A DNA stretch of 64,000 bases, taken from NCBI RefSeq assembly GCF_009914755.1, contig NC_060926.1; one strand, 5' to 3'. The translations under genes were made by a program, and so were the position numbers. Below are positions 39,400-53,357 of this stretch, piece by piece. The notes beneath the pieces are model-generated. The model was not told where the DNA came from, made no database searches, and was given only the letters and a program-made list of their open reading frames with translations. How positions within the stretch are numbered: the first letter of the stretch is position 1; each line of letters begins with the position of its first letter. Source of the DNA: the human T2T-CHM13v2.0 reference genome, Homo sapiens.

Positions 39400-42300
39400 T
39401 GGATTCTATCACTTAGCATAGTGTTTTCAAAGTTCATTCATTTGTATCATGCATCAGTACTTCATTCCTCTTTGTGGCTGAATATAAAATCTCGTTGTAC
39501 AGATGTACCTTGTATTGTTTGTCCATTCATCTGTTAATGAATATCTGAGTAGCTTCTGCCTATTGACTGCTATGACTAGTGCTGTTAAAAACATCCATGT
39601 ACAAGTTTTTGTGTGGACATATATTTTTATTTCTTTGGGTATATACCTAGGAGTGGAAATGTTGAGTTATATGGAAACTCTATGTTTAATCATTTGAGAA
39701 ACTGTCAGATTATTTTCCAAAGCAGCTGCACCATTTTATACTCACATCAGCAGTGTAGGAGGGTTCAATTTCTCCACATACTCACCAACACTTTGTTATC
39801 TTTTTGATACTTGCTATCCTAGTGCCTTTGAAGTGGCATCTGATTGTGGTTTTGATTTGCATTTCTTTAATGACTAATAATGTTAAGTAGCTTTTTTTTA
39901 TGGCTCATTGGCCATGTGTACGTCTTTCTTAGTGAAGTGGCTATTAAGATCCTTAGCTGATTTTTAATCAGGTTATTTGTCTTTTATGATTGAGTCATGT
40001 CTTTATATAGTCTTGATACAAGACCCTTATCAGATATGTGATTTACAAATACTTTTTTCCACTCTGTGGATTATTTTTTCACTTTCCTGATGCTGGTCTT
40101 TGAAGAACAAAAGTTTTTATTTTTATTTTTCTTGTAGCCATTGCAATTTTGGTGAAATCCAATTTATCTATTATTTATTTCTTTTGCTCATGCTTATCCA
40201 ATAATTATAATCCAACAGATTATTATCCAATAATCTGTTGCCAAAGCTAAGGAAGGTCATGAATATTTACTCCTATGTTTTCTTCTAAGAGTTTTGTGAT
40301 TTTAGCTCTTACAATTAGGTCTCTAATCCATTTGGGGTTAGTTTTTGTGTATGATATGAGATAGGAATCCAACTTCATTCTTCTGCACATGAATATCTAG
40401 TTGTCCCAATGCCATTAGTTGAAGACTATTCGTTTCTGCATTTAATAAACTTGCTATCCTTGTTGAAAATCAATTGAACACAGATGTATGGGCTTATTTC
40501 TAGATGTTGAATTTATTTCTGGATGTTTATTTCTGGAATGGAATTCTGAATGGACGTCTATTCCTTTGATCTGCAGGTCTATCCTTATGCCAGTATCATT
40601 TGTTTTGATTACCGTGGCTTTGTAGTAAATTTTGAAATCAGGAACTATGAGTCCTTCAACTTGGTTCTGTTTCAATATTTGTTGGCTATCTGGGGTTATT
40701 TGAAATTTAATATGAGTTTTAGAACCAGGTTGTCAACTTCTAAATAGTATCAGCGAGGATTTTGATAGAAATTATGTTGAATCTGTAGATGATTTTAGGG
40801 AATAATCTTAACAATGTTAAGTCTTCTGATCTATGAACATGGGGTCTTTTCCCATTATTTAGATCTTCTTTAATTTCTTAATATATTGTATTTTTTAGAA
40901 TATAAGTTTCGTACTTCTTTTATTAAATTTATTCCCAGGTATTTTATTCTTTTTGATGTAGTTATGAATGGAATTATTTTCTTTGTTTCATGTTTAGATT
41001 GTTCACTGCAAGTGTAAAGAAATAAAAACTGATTTTTGTGTATTGGTTTTGTATTCTGCAACTTTAATAAATTCATTTATTAGTACTAACAGTTTTAGGT
41101 GGATTTCTTAGAATTTTCTATACATAAAATCATGCCATCTGCAAATAGTCCTAACGCTACTTCTTCCTATCCAATCTTGATCTCTTTTATTTCTTTTTTT
41201 GTGCTAATCGGCCTATGTAGTGCAATTTTGAATACAAGTGGTGAAACAGACATCCTTATTTTGTTCCTGAACTTAGGGAGAAAGCATCCAGTTTTTCACC
41301 AGTAAGTATAAAATTAGCTGTGAGGTTTTCTTATATGTCATTATTATTTTGAGGACATTTCCTTTTATTCCTGGTTTGTTTAGATTTTTTGTCTTCTTTT
41401 TTAAATCATAAAAATGTGTTGAATTTTGTCAAATGCTGTTTTAGCATCTATTGGGATGAACATGTGGGGTTTTTTTTGATATGGTAGAATATATTAATTG
41501 ATTTTAAGATGTTAAACCAAACTTGCATTTCTGGGATATATCCCACTTGGTCATGTTGTATAATTATCTTTATATATTTCTGGGTTCAGTTTGCCAATGT
41601 CTTATTGAGGGTTTTTCTGTCCATATTCATAAACATATTGGTCTATAGTTTTCTTGTGATTTTGTTGTCCGTTTTGTATCAAGGTAAAACAGGCTTCATG
41701 AAATACATTGGGAAGTCTTCTCTCTCAGTATATTTATTGTAATAGTTTGTAAATAATTTCTATTGATTCTTTTTTAAATGATTGATAAATTCATCTGTGA
41801 AGCAATATGGACCTTGGCTCTTTCTTAATGGGTAGGTTTTGAATACTAAATTAATATTTTAATTTGTTATAGGTTTATTCACGTTGTTTATTTCTTCTTG
41901 AGTCAGTTTAGGTTCTTTGTATCTTTCTAGGAATCTGTCCATTTCATATAAATTAACTAATTTGTTTGCATATAATTGTTTACAGTATTTGTTTTAATTC
42001 TTTTTATTTCTGTAAGGTCTGTAATAATGTCCCCTCTTTCATTTCTCAGTCTTGCAATTTGAGTCCTCTCTTTTTGTCTTAGTCAGTCTAGCTAAGCATT
42101 TATCAATGTACGCTTTAGTCATGATATCTCCTCCATTATAATTATAAAATGCCTTTCTTTATCTCTAGTAACATTTTCTGGTTTAGTCTATTTGGTCTAA
42201 GTTTTTAAAACCACTCCAGCTTTCCTACAGTTGTTGTTTGCAAGATATGTCATTTCCATCATTTTACTTGTAGCCTATTTGTGTCTTTGAATCTAAAGTA

Positions 42301-44525
42301 TATCTTCTTTTTTAAATTATTATACTTTAAGTATATCTTCTTTTCTAAACTTACACATGGATAATGTTTTCTTTATTAAAAAAACTCCAATCTGACACTC
42401 TGTGCCTTCTGATTGAATTAATTCACAGACGTTTAATGTTTTTATTTATATATTTGAATTTACATCTTACATTTTACTTTTGTTTTCTATATGTCTGTTG
42501 TCTTTTTTGAGTCTCAATTCCTCTCTATGGATTTCTTTTGCTTTAAGTGAACATTTTCTAATGTTGCATATTAATTTCTTTAATAATTTTTTCACTATAT
42601 TTTTGACTTAATTTGTAGTGGTTACTCTAGAATATACTATATACATCTTAACTGATCAAAATTAGCCTTAGATTTAAACTAGCCTAATTCCAGTGATATA
42701 TAGCTTTATTTCATTTTCCTCTTTTTTGTGGTGGTGTTCTATGTATTACATCTATTAACATTATAAACCTCAAAATACATTTCTATAATTATTATTCTAC
42801 CATATGTAGTCATTTTCTTAGCCCATTACAGCTTTACTCTCCCTACCGCCTTTGTGCTATTATCAGCAAATATATTACGCATATATTACAAATAGCACAT
42901 TATATATAAAAAATATATGAAAGTTTTTACAATTTCTCTTTAAATCCATCAGGAGAAGAAAGGAAAAATATTCATTTATAGTGTCTTTTATACTTGCATA
43001 ATGACTTTTGCTGATTCTCTTTGTTTGTTTGTGTGACTCCACATGGCAATCTGGTGTCAATTGCTTTTAGGCTGAAGAATTTCTTACAGTATTACTTACC
43101 AGGTGAGTTTGCTAGAAACACATTTCCTCACCTTCTGTTTATCTGTTAAAGTCTTTATTTTGCCTTATTTTTAAAAAGTAGCACACTGTTTTTCTCTTAT
43201 GACTTTGAAGAGTTACCATCATCTTTCACTTTTAGCATTTTTACATCATGTGTCTGTGAGTCTGTTTGTGTTTACCCTACTTGAAGTTCGTTGTAATTAT
43301 TGTCAATAAATGTAAGAAGTTTCAGCCACTATATCTTTAAATATGTTTTTTTTCCTTTCTCTCTTTTATTCTGATAATCCCATTATATGTATATTGATGC
43401 ACTTAATGGTATTCCATATTTCTCTGAGTATCTATTCATTTTTCCTCATTCTTTTTTCTGTCTGTTCTTCAGCTTGCCTAACTTCTATCAGTCTATTTTT
43501 AAGTTCACTAATTCTTTCTTCCTCCAGTTCAAATCTAAGATTAATTCTAATAAATGTTTTATTTCAGTTATTATAGTTTTCTGCTCCAGAATTTTCATTT
43601 GGCTCTTTTTAATGATTTGTTTAGTATTTCTTTTGACCTCAGGAGCATTCCTTCAAGTTGTCAGATTGCCCGGTTTTCTCCTGCAAACTAGTTGGCCTAC
43701 AAACTAGGCTGTATCTTTATCAGATCCTAAAACTCTTCCTAATATTTTTTCACTGTAACCTTCCCTGTTCTTGAGATTGTCCTTTGGCTTCAGCTTCTTC
43801 ATGTTTCGTTGAAAATAAAGTCAGATCCTTTGGGAAGAATTTAGAGTCATCATTTTGTGTCCTGTTTCTCCTACCAGGCAAAATCTCTGGGTTAAGGCCC
43901 TAGAGCTAAGAGTTGGGACATTGACAAGATTCTCTTTGAGTGACATTCTTGTTTCAGCAACTGAGAACTTGATGCAGGGAGGGAGATCTGCGCAGCCTGA
44001 GGTCACTTAGTTTAGCTCTCCAGTTGTAGAACAATTATCACTTCAAGTTCTGGGGCAGGGGCTATAAGGAGCTCAGTATTCTCAACAGGTGGACTGTATA
44101 TTCCATGAGTGGGGATTGAGCAGAGAAAGGGAACTGCTATTCTTGACCGTATTTACCCAGGTCTTAGCCTCAGCAATAGGCACTTGGAGGTAGGATGAGA
44201 AACACTGAAGTACCGCTCCTCCTAAGAATAAATCCCTCTAGGTGGAGAGTGGGAATGGTAGAATCCCTGTATTCTTGGCTCCAGAAGTCTGGAATGGGGA
44301 GGCTCTACCCTGCTGAGCTGGGTAGGGGGAGAGATGGGACTTTCTGTGTTCAAGTATCACGGACTCGCCTTTCTTACTGAATTTTTAGAAATTTCTTTGA
44401 ATTGATGTTTCTTCATTTGCTGTCTGCCTTTAGCACAATTTTCAAGAGGACTTTAAAAACATATTTTTTATCAGTTTCATTGGAGTCAGTGGAGCTCCAG
44501 ATATTGTCATGCCAGAAGTTGGTCT
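39400..44525 (-). mobile_element. Old L1M element (L1MB/MC-like), about 5 kb, decayed ORF2 and 5' region
   Basis: Antisense ORF2 remnants ([24 protein letters not shown]), T-rich antisense L1 composition. Confidence 0.8.
42312..42328 (-). mobile_element. Ultra-short L1PA 3'-terminus insertion
   Basis: ttaaattattatacttt(aagt) = antisense ACTTAAAGTATAAT plus tail; perfect 16-bp TSD aagtatatcttctttt at 42296-42311 and 42329-42344. Confidence 0.8.
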
Positions 44526-45339
44526 TTAGCCTGAATTTCTTTTATAACCCATAGCAGGTTTTACATATGGTGTGATCTCAAGGCATAAAAAATGTATTAG
44601 ATCTTAATGCTTAGGATATTCCTTGGTATGCTTTAGCTAATCAATTAAATTTTGCTGAGTTATATTTAAATAAAGCATAAACATGTCCTTATTTTTACGT
44701 TTTGAAGTCTTCAGAGTGGTTGCATTTTTGCTGTTTAATTTTTTCACCAAATCTTATTTTCATTTACAAATTAGAATACAGAGTCAGAGAAGTAAAATGA
44801 TTTACCTATGAATATATGGTAAGCCAGTGAATTTTTCAAAAGACAGCATACTCATTTTTTCCCATAGCTGTTAACTTTTCCTTTTTCCCCATTTATCTTT
44901 AAGATAAGTCATGAGTTAGAGAAATCTGTTTCATAAACAGCAGAAATATTAGTACTTGCTGTAAGTATCAAGGCCTGAAATTTGATCTTCCCCAGTCCAA
45001 AAATTATAAGGAAGAGATGTTTTATAAGGCTGTCAACACATCTGGTGCACAGGTGAAAGCTGTAGATCCCTAAAACTGGAAGCAAGAAGCTTTTCATTAA
45101 AGAGTTTGCTAAGCTAAGCATATCTTTTCTCTGTTCACTAACGTATTTCTACAAATTTTACTTGTCTATATTGTTCCAAAAAAGCTTGGATAATCTAACT
45201 AAAGGAAGTTACAACCAGGAATCCCGCTCAATCCAGAGAAAATGATGAAAGTATTAGCTGACAAGGCCAATCTAAGTAAGGATTTATTTTGGCCAAAACT
45301 TACCATTTGTCTACTTTACAAGTGAAGTGAAAGGATGAA

Positions 45340-45661
45340 TCAAACTGGAGGCCACTATTTTCAGCAAAACAATCAATGCAGAAACAAGAATTCAAATGCC
45401 GCGTATTCTCACTTATAAGTGAGAGCTTAAAATGTGTACACATGAACATAGAATGGGGAATGATAGACATTGGAGATTTGGGAGGGCGGGAGGGTGGGAA
45501 GGGGTGGGAGATGAGAAATTACTTGATGGGTACAATGTGCATTATTCGGGTGATTAATGCACTAAAAGCCCAGGCTTCACTACTATGTGATTTATTCATG
45601 TAAGAAAACTGCACATGTACTCCTTAAATTTGTACAAATTAAAAAAAAAAAAAAAAAAAAA
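45340..45661 (+). mobile_element. L1PB4-like 3' UTR with poly-A
   Basis: gatgagaaattacttgatgggtacaatgtg..cactaaaagcccaggcttcactact..A21. Confidence 0.82.
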
Positions 45662-45929
45662 GGAAAAAGGAAGCAAACAAACAAAAAACAAAACAACTAA
45701 AAAAGGCACACGTGGTCAGACCCCAGAGCTGTTTTCGGGATCACCTGGGGAAATAATGCGGCAATTATCACATCAGCCTCCACTTTTACAATGGACAACT
45801 AATTTTAAGAATTATCCTATTTCCAGGATATAGTACACATCTCTGCCAGTTTAAGCTTCCATAGACATGCTTTTATCAAGCACCTTCAGCGTCCAGATTA
45901 TAGGGTTACATTGTCTTCTCAATTTTTGC

Positions 45930-48900
45930 TGTAATTCTTATTTTTGGAAATTTCCACGTTGTTGTTGGTAGTATTCCATTACATGGGATATGCCATAGTT
46001 TGTTTAACCATTCACCTGTTGAAGAACATCTGAGTTGTTTTCACTGTCTAGCTATCACACATAAAACTACTGTGGACATCTGTGTAAGGTTTTTATGTAA
46101 ACATAAACTTTTCATTTCTCTAGGATAAATGTCCAGGATTATAGCTGCTGGGTCATATGGTGGCAGCATGTTTAATATTTTAAGAAACTTCCTGTCTTCT
46201 AGAGTGCCTATATAATTTTACATTCCAAGCAGCAACATATGATTGATCCAGTTTTCCTATAACCTTGTAATCATTTGGTTACAAGCTATTCTGGTTAGTA
46301 TATCTCTCATTGTGGTTTTAATGTGCATTCCTCCAGTGGCTAATACTTGATCAACTTTTTATGTGCTTATTTGCCATATGCTCTTTGATCAAATGTCAAT
46401 TTTTTCGCCCATATTTTAATTAGATTTTTCAAACTGTTGATTTTGAGTTTTCAGATATTAGTCCTTTGAAAGGTATATTACTTGTAAATATTTTCTCCTG
46501 TCTATAGATTACCTTTTTATTTATTTAAGAGACTTTCACAGAGGATTAGTTTTAAATTTTTATAAAAATTCACCAATTTTATCATTTATGGATTATTTTT
46601 GGTGCTTAATTAAGAAAAACCTTTGCCTCGCTCTAAACCCTGAAGATTGTTCGTATTTTTTTCTAAAACTTTTATATTGTTATGTTTTACATTTAAGTTT
46701 ATGGTCTATTTTGAGTTAATTTTTGCAGAAGTTGTGAGACTTAAGGTGAATTAGCTTCAAAATATTAATTGGAAGCGTTCATCTTCTTCTATTTTATGGC
46801 AGACATTGTATAGAATCGGTGTGAATTTTTCTTTAAACATTTTGTTGAATTTTCCAGTGAAACCATCTGTGCCTGGAGATGGTTTGGGGGAGGAATTTTA
46901 AAACTACATATTCAACTTTATTAGTAGTTAGAGAGTTATTCAAGTGATCTGTTTTGTATCAGATAAATTGTGGTAATTTGTGTTTTTCAAGGAATTGATT
47001 CTCTTTCTTGGTGGTATTTTTAAGTCCTATCTCTTTGCTGATAATATATCCAGTTATTCCATCAGTTTTTGAGACGAGTGTTGAAGTCTCTAACTGTAGT
47101 TCTTGATTTGTCTATTTCTTGTTTCAATTCTAAGATACACATTTAGGATTGCAATATTTTCTTGGTTGATTGACCCTTGTCATTCTCTGTCTCTGCTGCT
47201 TTGCTTTGCTTTGAAGCCTACTGCATCTGCAATAATTATAGCCACACTTGCTTTTTTTGAGTAATGCTTGCATGATGTGTATTTTCCCCTCATTTCTTTT
47301 AACTTTCCTATATTGTTGCATTTGAAGTGAGTTTCTTGTAGACAGGATCATGTCTTTTAATCACCTCTGCCAATCTCTGGCTTTTAATTGATGTATTTAG
47401 AACATTTACGCCATTAATGCAAGTATTAATATGCTAGAGTTGAGTTTCTCTTTTTTTGTTGTTTTCCATTTGTTTTCTTTGTTTTTCATTTACTGTTTTT
47501 TCTGCTTTCCTTTACATTTATGAAACTTTCTAAAAATTCAATTTTTATTTATCTTTAATGTTTTGAATATATCTCTTTGTATTGTTGTCTTCATGATTAT
47601 TTTAGGTGTTACTATATATTATGTATAGATAACTTATAACAGTCTACCAGTGTCATCATTTTGTTTGTTTGAGTGAAATTTGGAAGCTCTACCTTTCTTT
47701 ATATCTTTTTACACTCCCACATTTATATTACAATTATCTTAAGTATTTTTTTCTACATAGATTTAAAATAATACCAGGTAGTTTTATAATTTTTACTTCA
47801 ATTATAAAACATAATTTAGAAAACAGAAGAGGAGAATAAAATTGTATTGAATTTACTTGTAGTTTTGTTTACCATGTTCTTCCCTCTTTCCTGATATTTG
47901 AACATTCCTTTTTTTTAAAAAAAAAAACAAAACTATTTCCTTTCTGTTTAAAGAACATCATTTAGCTGTTCTTTTAGGAGACGTCTACCAGCAAGCATTG
48001 CCTCTGTTTTTTTTTGTTTGTTTGTTTGTTTTAGTCTACACATATATTAATTTCCTGTTCATTTCTGAAAGATATTTTCACTAGGTATAGAATCCTGGCT
48101 TAAGAGATTATTTTCTATATCACTTTAAAAATTATCTGCCACTTCTTTCTGTCTTCCATAGTTTCTGGTGAGAAATCCACTGTCATTCAAGTTGTTTTTT
48201 CCTTAGAAAGAAAAGTATTATTTCTTTCTCACAACTGTTGAGATTTTTTTCTTTTCCTTTAGTTTTCAGAAGTTTCACTATGTAGCTTTTTTTGTGTATG
48301 TGTGAGAGATTATCCTGTTTGGGATTCATTCAGCTTCTTGAACTGTAGATTTACATCTTTTGTCAAATTTGGGCAGTTTTCAGCCATTATTTCTTCTATT
48401 TCTAATTTCTCAGCATCATCCTTTTTCTCCTCTCCTTCTGAGTCGTCAATGACCCAAAGTCAGATTATAGTTCCACATATCCATAAGGGTATACTGTTTT
48501 CCAGCCTGTTTTCTCTTTGTTGTGTAAATTTGGTAATTTTTATATTTTTCTTCTAATTACCTTCTAATTTACTAATTTTCCCTTTGCCTCCTCCATTCTG
48601 CTGTTAAGCTCATCCATTAAGCTTCTTACATTATAATATTTTTCAACTCTAAACTTTTCATTTTTCTTCTTTATATCTTTTATATTTTTGCTGAGACTTT
48701 GCATGGTTTCATTTGTTTCAAGCATGTTTGTAATTGCTCATTGAAATGTTTTCATAATGGTTGCATTAGATATTTGGTCGATTATCCTAATATATTTGTC
48801 TTCTCATAGCTTGCATCTTGGATTGTCTTTTCTTCACTTATTCAGAGATCTTCCTAGTTCTTGATATGATAAGTAATTTTTGACAGAAATATGTACAGTT

Positions 48901-49858
48901 TGAGCTTTATATTATAACACTGAATCTCACATAAATCTCTGTATTAACTTGATTCCTCTGACACGATGCTGGTGGGGATGGGGAATTGCTGGCTAATTAT
49001 TACCAAGTGGGAGTTAATGACAAGGTTCTCTACTAGACCTCCATTGACACCAGAGGAATGGGTCTTCATTATCGCTGATTGTAGGTAAGAGAGTTGGCTC
49101 TCCACTAGGCCTCCACTGATACTCCCTAGTGGGAGAAGTTATAGTGACTCATTGTACTAAATGCTTCCCCTATGGTATCCATGACACCAAGAGGGAGAAG
49201 TAACACCATTACCATTGGACAATGGTGAAAGTTCTGCCTCTCTCTATGCCTCCACAATCACCCTAGTGAGGAGAAGTAGGGATGGCTCATACTACTTGAT
49301 GGGTGTGGAAATCCAGGCTCTCCAAGTGGTCTCTCTCCATTGACCCTCACTGGGGCATGAGATGGTTGTAGGTGGTGACTATGAAGGTCCCAACTCCTTA
49401 CTCAGTCTTCTCTGGCAGCACCTTGGCAGATGTTATGGGACCCTCATGACAGACTGGGGACGATGGAAGTCTAAGTGTTCTACTTGGCCTTTGTTGGCAT
49501 TTGTTGAGGTGCTAGTCAGCTGAAGTAAGAAGTTATTGTCTAAAATTTCTCTGTCTTTCCATTCAACTCCTTTATTTGTCCTTTGGCCAAAGACAGCAGA
49601 CTTGTGTTTGGGCTTTTTCTTTTTTTTTCTTCTTATCTCTGGCTTTAAGTCTGGGATATATGATATAAAGAGGATGAAAGGGAACTCATTATCATGTCAT
49701 TTATGGGTTTTAAGACCCCCTTACTAGCCCGCTTTCTTCTCTCTACTTCTCAGAGTTTTATGTTCATTTTTGTATAGTGTCTTGGGTTTTTAGTTGTACT
49801 TAGTGTGAGAAATAGGGAAACGTATGTCTATTCCATCTTTTTGGAAGGAGAAGTTTCA
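45930..49858 (-). mobile_element. Old L1M element (L1MC/MD-like), fragmented
   Basis: gtagtattccatt..tttgtttaaccattcacctgttgaag; antisense ORF2/ORF1 remnants; ends ccatctttttggaaggagaagt. Confidence 0.72.
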
Positions 49859-50120
49859 ACCAACTATGTCTTCAGAAGTACTTACTCATTTTTCTACCAC
49901 AAAGTACACGTAAAACTAGTTGTGTTTGCCCTATGGCTGGGGGAATCAAATGCCTCATCCCTTTAGTTAGCATTAGATTTGATAAGTATTCCCAGGAAGA
50001 AGACAAATGAGAAAATATAAACAAAACAAACAAACAAACAAAATGGATTGCAACTTTAAAGGATGATATATAAATTTGAGCATAATAGGAGCTATTCAGA
50101 AGTTTAAGTTAAAAATTATT

Positions 50121-50428
<308 letters not shown>

Positions 50429-50509
50429 TATTTACAAGCTTTTTAGCTTTTTAGCATTATGTTGTACTATGTTTCGATTTTCAATCCAGGGATTAAAAAA
50501 AATTGAGAA

Positions 50510-50650
50510 GTCTGGCACTGTGGCATGCACCTGTAGTCCCAGTTACTCAGGAGGCTGAGGTAGGAGGATCACTTGAACCTAGGTACTGGAGACCAGACTT
50601 GGCAATATAGTGAGGCCTTGTCTCAAAAAAATAAATAAAAATAAATTAAA
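50510..50650 (+). mobile_element. FLAM free left Alu monomer
   Basis: gtggcatgcacctgtagtcccag..ggaggatcacttgaacctagg..gagaccag..A-rich tail; tgagaa on both flanks. Confidence 0.8.
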
Positions 50651-51329
50651 AATATGAGAATTCCTGGACATAGCTGTGGATTTTGTGTCAAGTCAGAAAG
50701 ATTGTGAAAGCATCAATATTATAACCAACCCTATCATACTTAAAATTTAATAGACCTTGGGATTTGGTAATCATTTCCACTGGAATGATTTTAGTCATTA
50801 CCTTAAAATTTATTATTAACTATTATATTTATTATTTTTATTAATTACCTTAAAATTTTATTAATTACCTCAAACTAATTAGAGTTTCAATAAAATGTTT
50901 TAATCCTCACATTTTTGGATGCTAACATTCAAGGCTGAATTCCACAGAAAGTTAAGAATTGTCAGTTTACTTCAATTAACTCCTTAGATAACATTTTTTG
51001 TTAAATGTGGCAAAATCTATGTCATTATTTAAAAATACAGTTAATCTACAAATTACAGGTCCACAAGCTTTCTTATGGCTTTCTTCTAAAAATATAGGCC
51101 TGTGCTTTCAATTTTAATATCTGACTCGAAGATCAACTAGGTGTCAGGTACAAAACTCAACATCTATTCTAGCTTCTTTTCTATTTCTTTCTCTGCCCTT
51201 ATTTCATTAATTTTCATGATCACAACTACGATGAATAAGCTTTGAAGTTTTAAATCTTTGTTTCTCTTTACAACACTCTTCCTTCTGTACTCTACATTTC
51301 TCACTGTATTTGACCTTTTCTCCAGGAAC

Positions 51330-51640
51330 TACTGCAGTGACCTCAAGTAAAACAAATCCTAATCTAAACTTCCTAACTCTCTCCCAATCAAACCATTTCT
51401 CATTGTCTCATTGATTCATTCATTATAAATGGTGGTGCCACTCTTTCAGTCTCTCAAACTGGAAAGTTCAGTGACATTCATTCCTTCTCTACCCACCAAG
51501 TATTTAAGTCACCACAAATTCCGTAAGCTCATTACAAATATCTCTTGAATCCAGTAGAATTTTTTTTTCTCACAACACTGTTCCCATGATGTCCATTGTC
51601 TCTTTCTTGGAAAGAGTTTCTGCTCTGATTTTTCCAATGT
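51330..51640 (+). mobile_element. L2 fragment
   Basis: taaatggt...ctcaaactggaaa...aaatatctcttgaatcc. Confidence 0.55.
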
Positions 51641-51867
51641 ATTCCAAATGAATCCGATATAGGCTTATTTTCCCATTCATCTCAATATATTTTCCTATTC
51701 ATTCCAAATGAATCCTATATAAGTTCACTTTTCACTTGAGTTACATTTCTAATGTATGAATTCATAATGACATCATCATCAACAATAGTAAATCTCCACA
51801 TTTATTGTTCGGCTAAAAACATTTCGATCAAGGTTAAATTTCCTCTGCGTTGATATTCCATCCAGTT

Positions 51868-52803
51868 ATGTGTCTTTATAGTAGAATGATTTATAATCCT
51901 TTGGGTATATACCAGTAATTGGATTGCTGGAGTCAAATGGCATTTCTGGTTCTAGATCCTTGAGGAACCACCACACCATCTTCCACAACGGCTGAACTAA
52001 TTTACACTTCCACCAACGGTGTAAAAGTGTTCCAATTTCTCCACATCCTCTCCAGCATCTGTTGTTTCCTGACTTTTTAATGACTGCCATTCTGACTGGT
52101 GTGAGATGCTATCTCATCATGGTTTTGACTTATATTTGTGTAATGACCAGTGATGATGAGCTTTTTTTCATATGTTTGTTGGCCACAAAAATGTCTTCTT
52201 TTGAGAATTGTCTGTTCATATTCTTTGCCCACTTTTTGATGGGGTTGTTTGTTTTTTTCTTATAAATTTGTTTAAATTCCTTGTAGATTCTGGATATTAG
52301 TCCTTTGTCAGATGGATAGATTGCAAACATTTTCTCCCATTCTGTAGGTTGCCTGTTCACTCTGATGATAGCAAAGATTTGGAACCAACCTAAATGCCCA
52401 ACAATGATAGACTGGACAAAGAAAATGTGGCACATAAACACAATGGAATACTATGCAGCCATAAAAAAGGATTAGTTCATGCCCTTGGCAGGGACATGGA
52501 TGAAGCTGGAAACCATCGTTCTCAGCAAACTAACACAGGAACAGAAAACCAAACACAACATGTTGTCACTCATAAGTGGGAGTTGAACAATGAGAACACA
52601 TGGATACAGGGAGTGGAACATCACACACTGGGGCCTGTTGGGGGGTAGGGGGTAAGGGAAGGGATTTCATTAGGAGAAATACCTAATGTAGATGAGGGGT
52701 TGATGGGTGCAGCAAATCACCATGGCACATGTATACCTATATAACAAACCTGCAGGTTCTGCATATGTATCTCAGAACTTAAAGTATAATAAAAAAATAA
52801 AAG
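51868..52803 (+). mobile_element. 5'-inverted L1PA7/8 lacking a TSD
   Basis: Antisense ORF2 end 51868-52371, sense 52368-52803, atag junction microhomology; UTR taggagaaatacctaatgtagatg. Confidence 0.9.
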
Positions 52804-53249
52804 AAAAGCTCTACATGACAGCTTAAGGGGATTAGAATTTACCAGAGCCAATGGGGAGCCAGAAGGTTTTTTCAAACAAGTAAGTGAGAAATTTGAGGTA
52901 GGAGGGGGCTTTCTGTTGTTATTGATACTAATTTGTGATTTAGTAAATATTTTGGTTAATTTACTGTTAACCATCATTGTCTCTCTTTTCTCTAACAGAA
53001 AAATAGACCGCTAGCCTTGTAAGACGGTAGTTTTCATTGATGTGTGAAAGATTTTTTTCCTAAGTTCAGCTAGGTTTTATTAGTCAAGATAGCTGTCATT
53101 TTTTTCCCTTAACAATGTCTCTTTATGTAAATTTATTCTCCATTTTGATTGCTACTATTCTATTTCAGGCCCTTATCACCTCACATCCAAATAGCTGCAG
53201 AAAGAGAGAGAAGAAGAAAGGAAGTAAAAAATGAAGGAAGGGAGGAGTA

Positions 53250-53357
53250 GGACTATGTTCAGACACCCTCCCTAGGTCAATTAAATCAGAATTTTGGAGA
53301 AATGGTCAAGGCATTCAAAATTTTTCTTTGTGCCACCAGGGTTGAGAGCCATTGCCT
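53250..53357. mobile_element. MER5-like MITE fragment
   Basis: caattaaatcagaat...cagggttgagagccattg. Confidence 0.55.
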
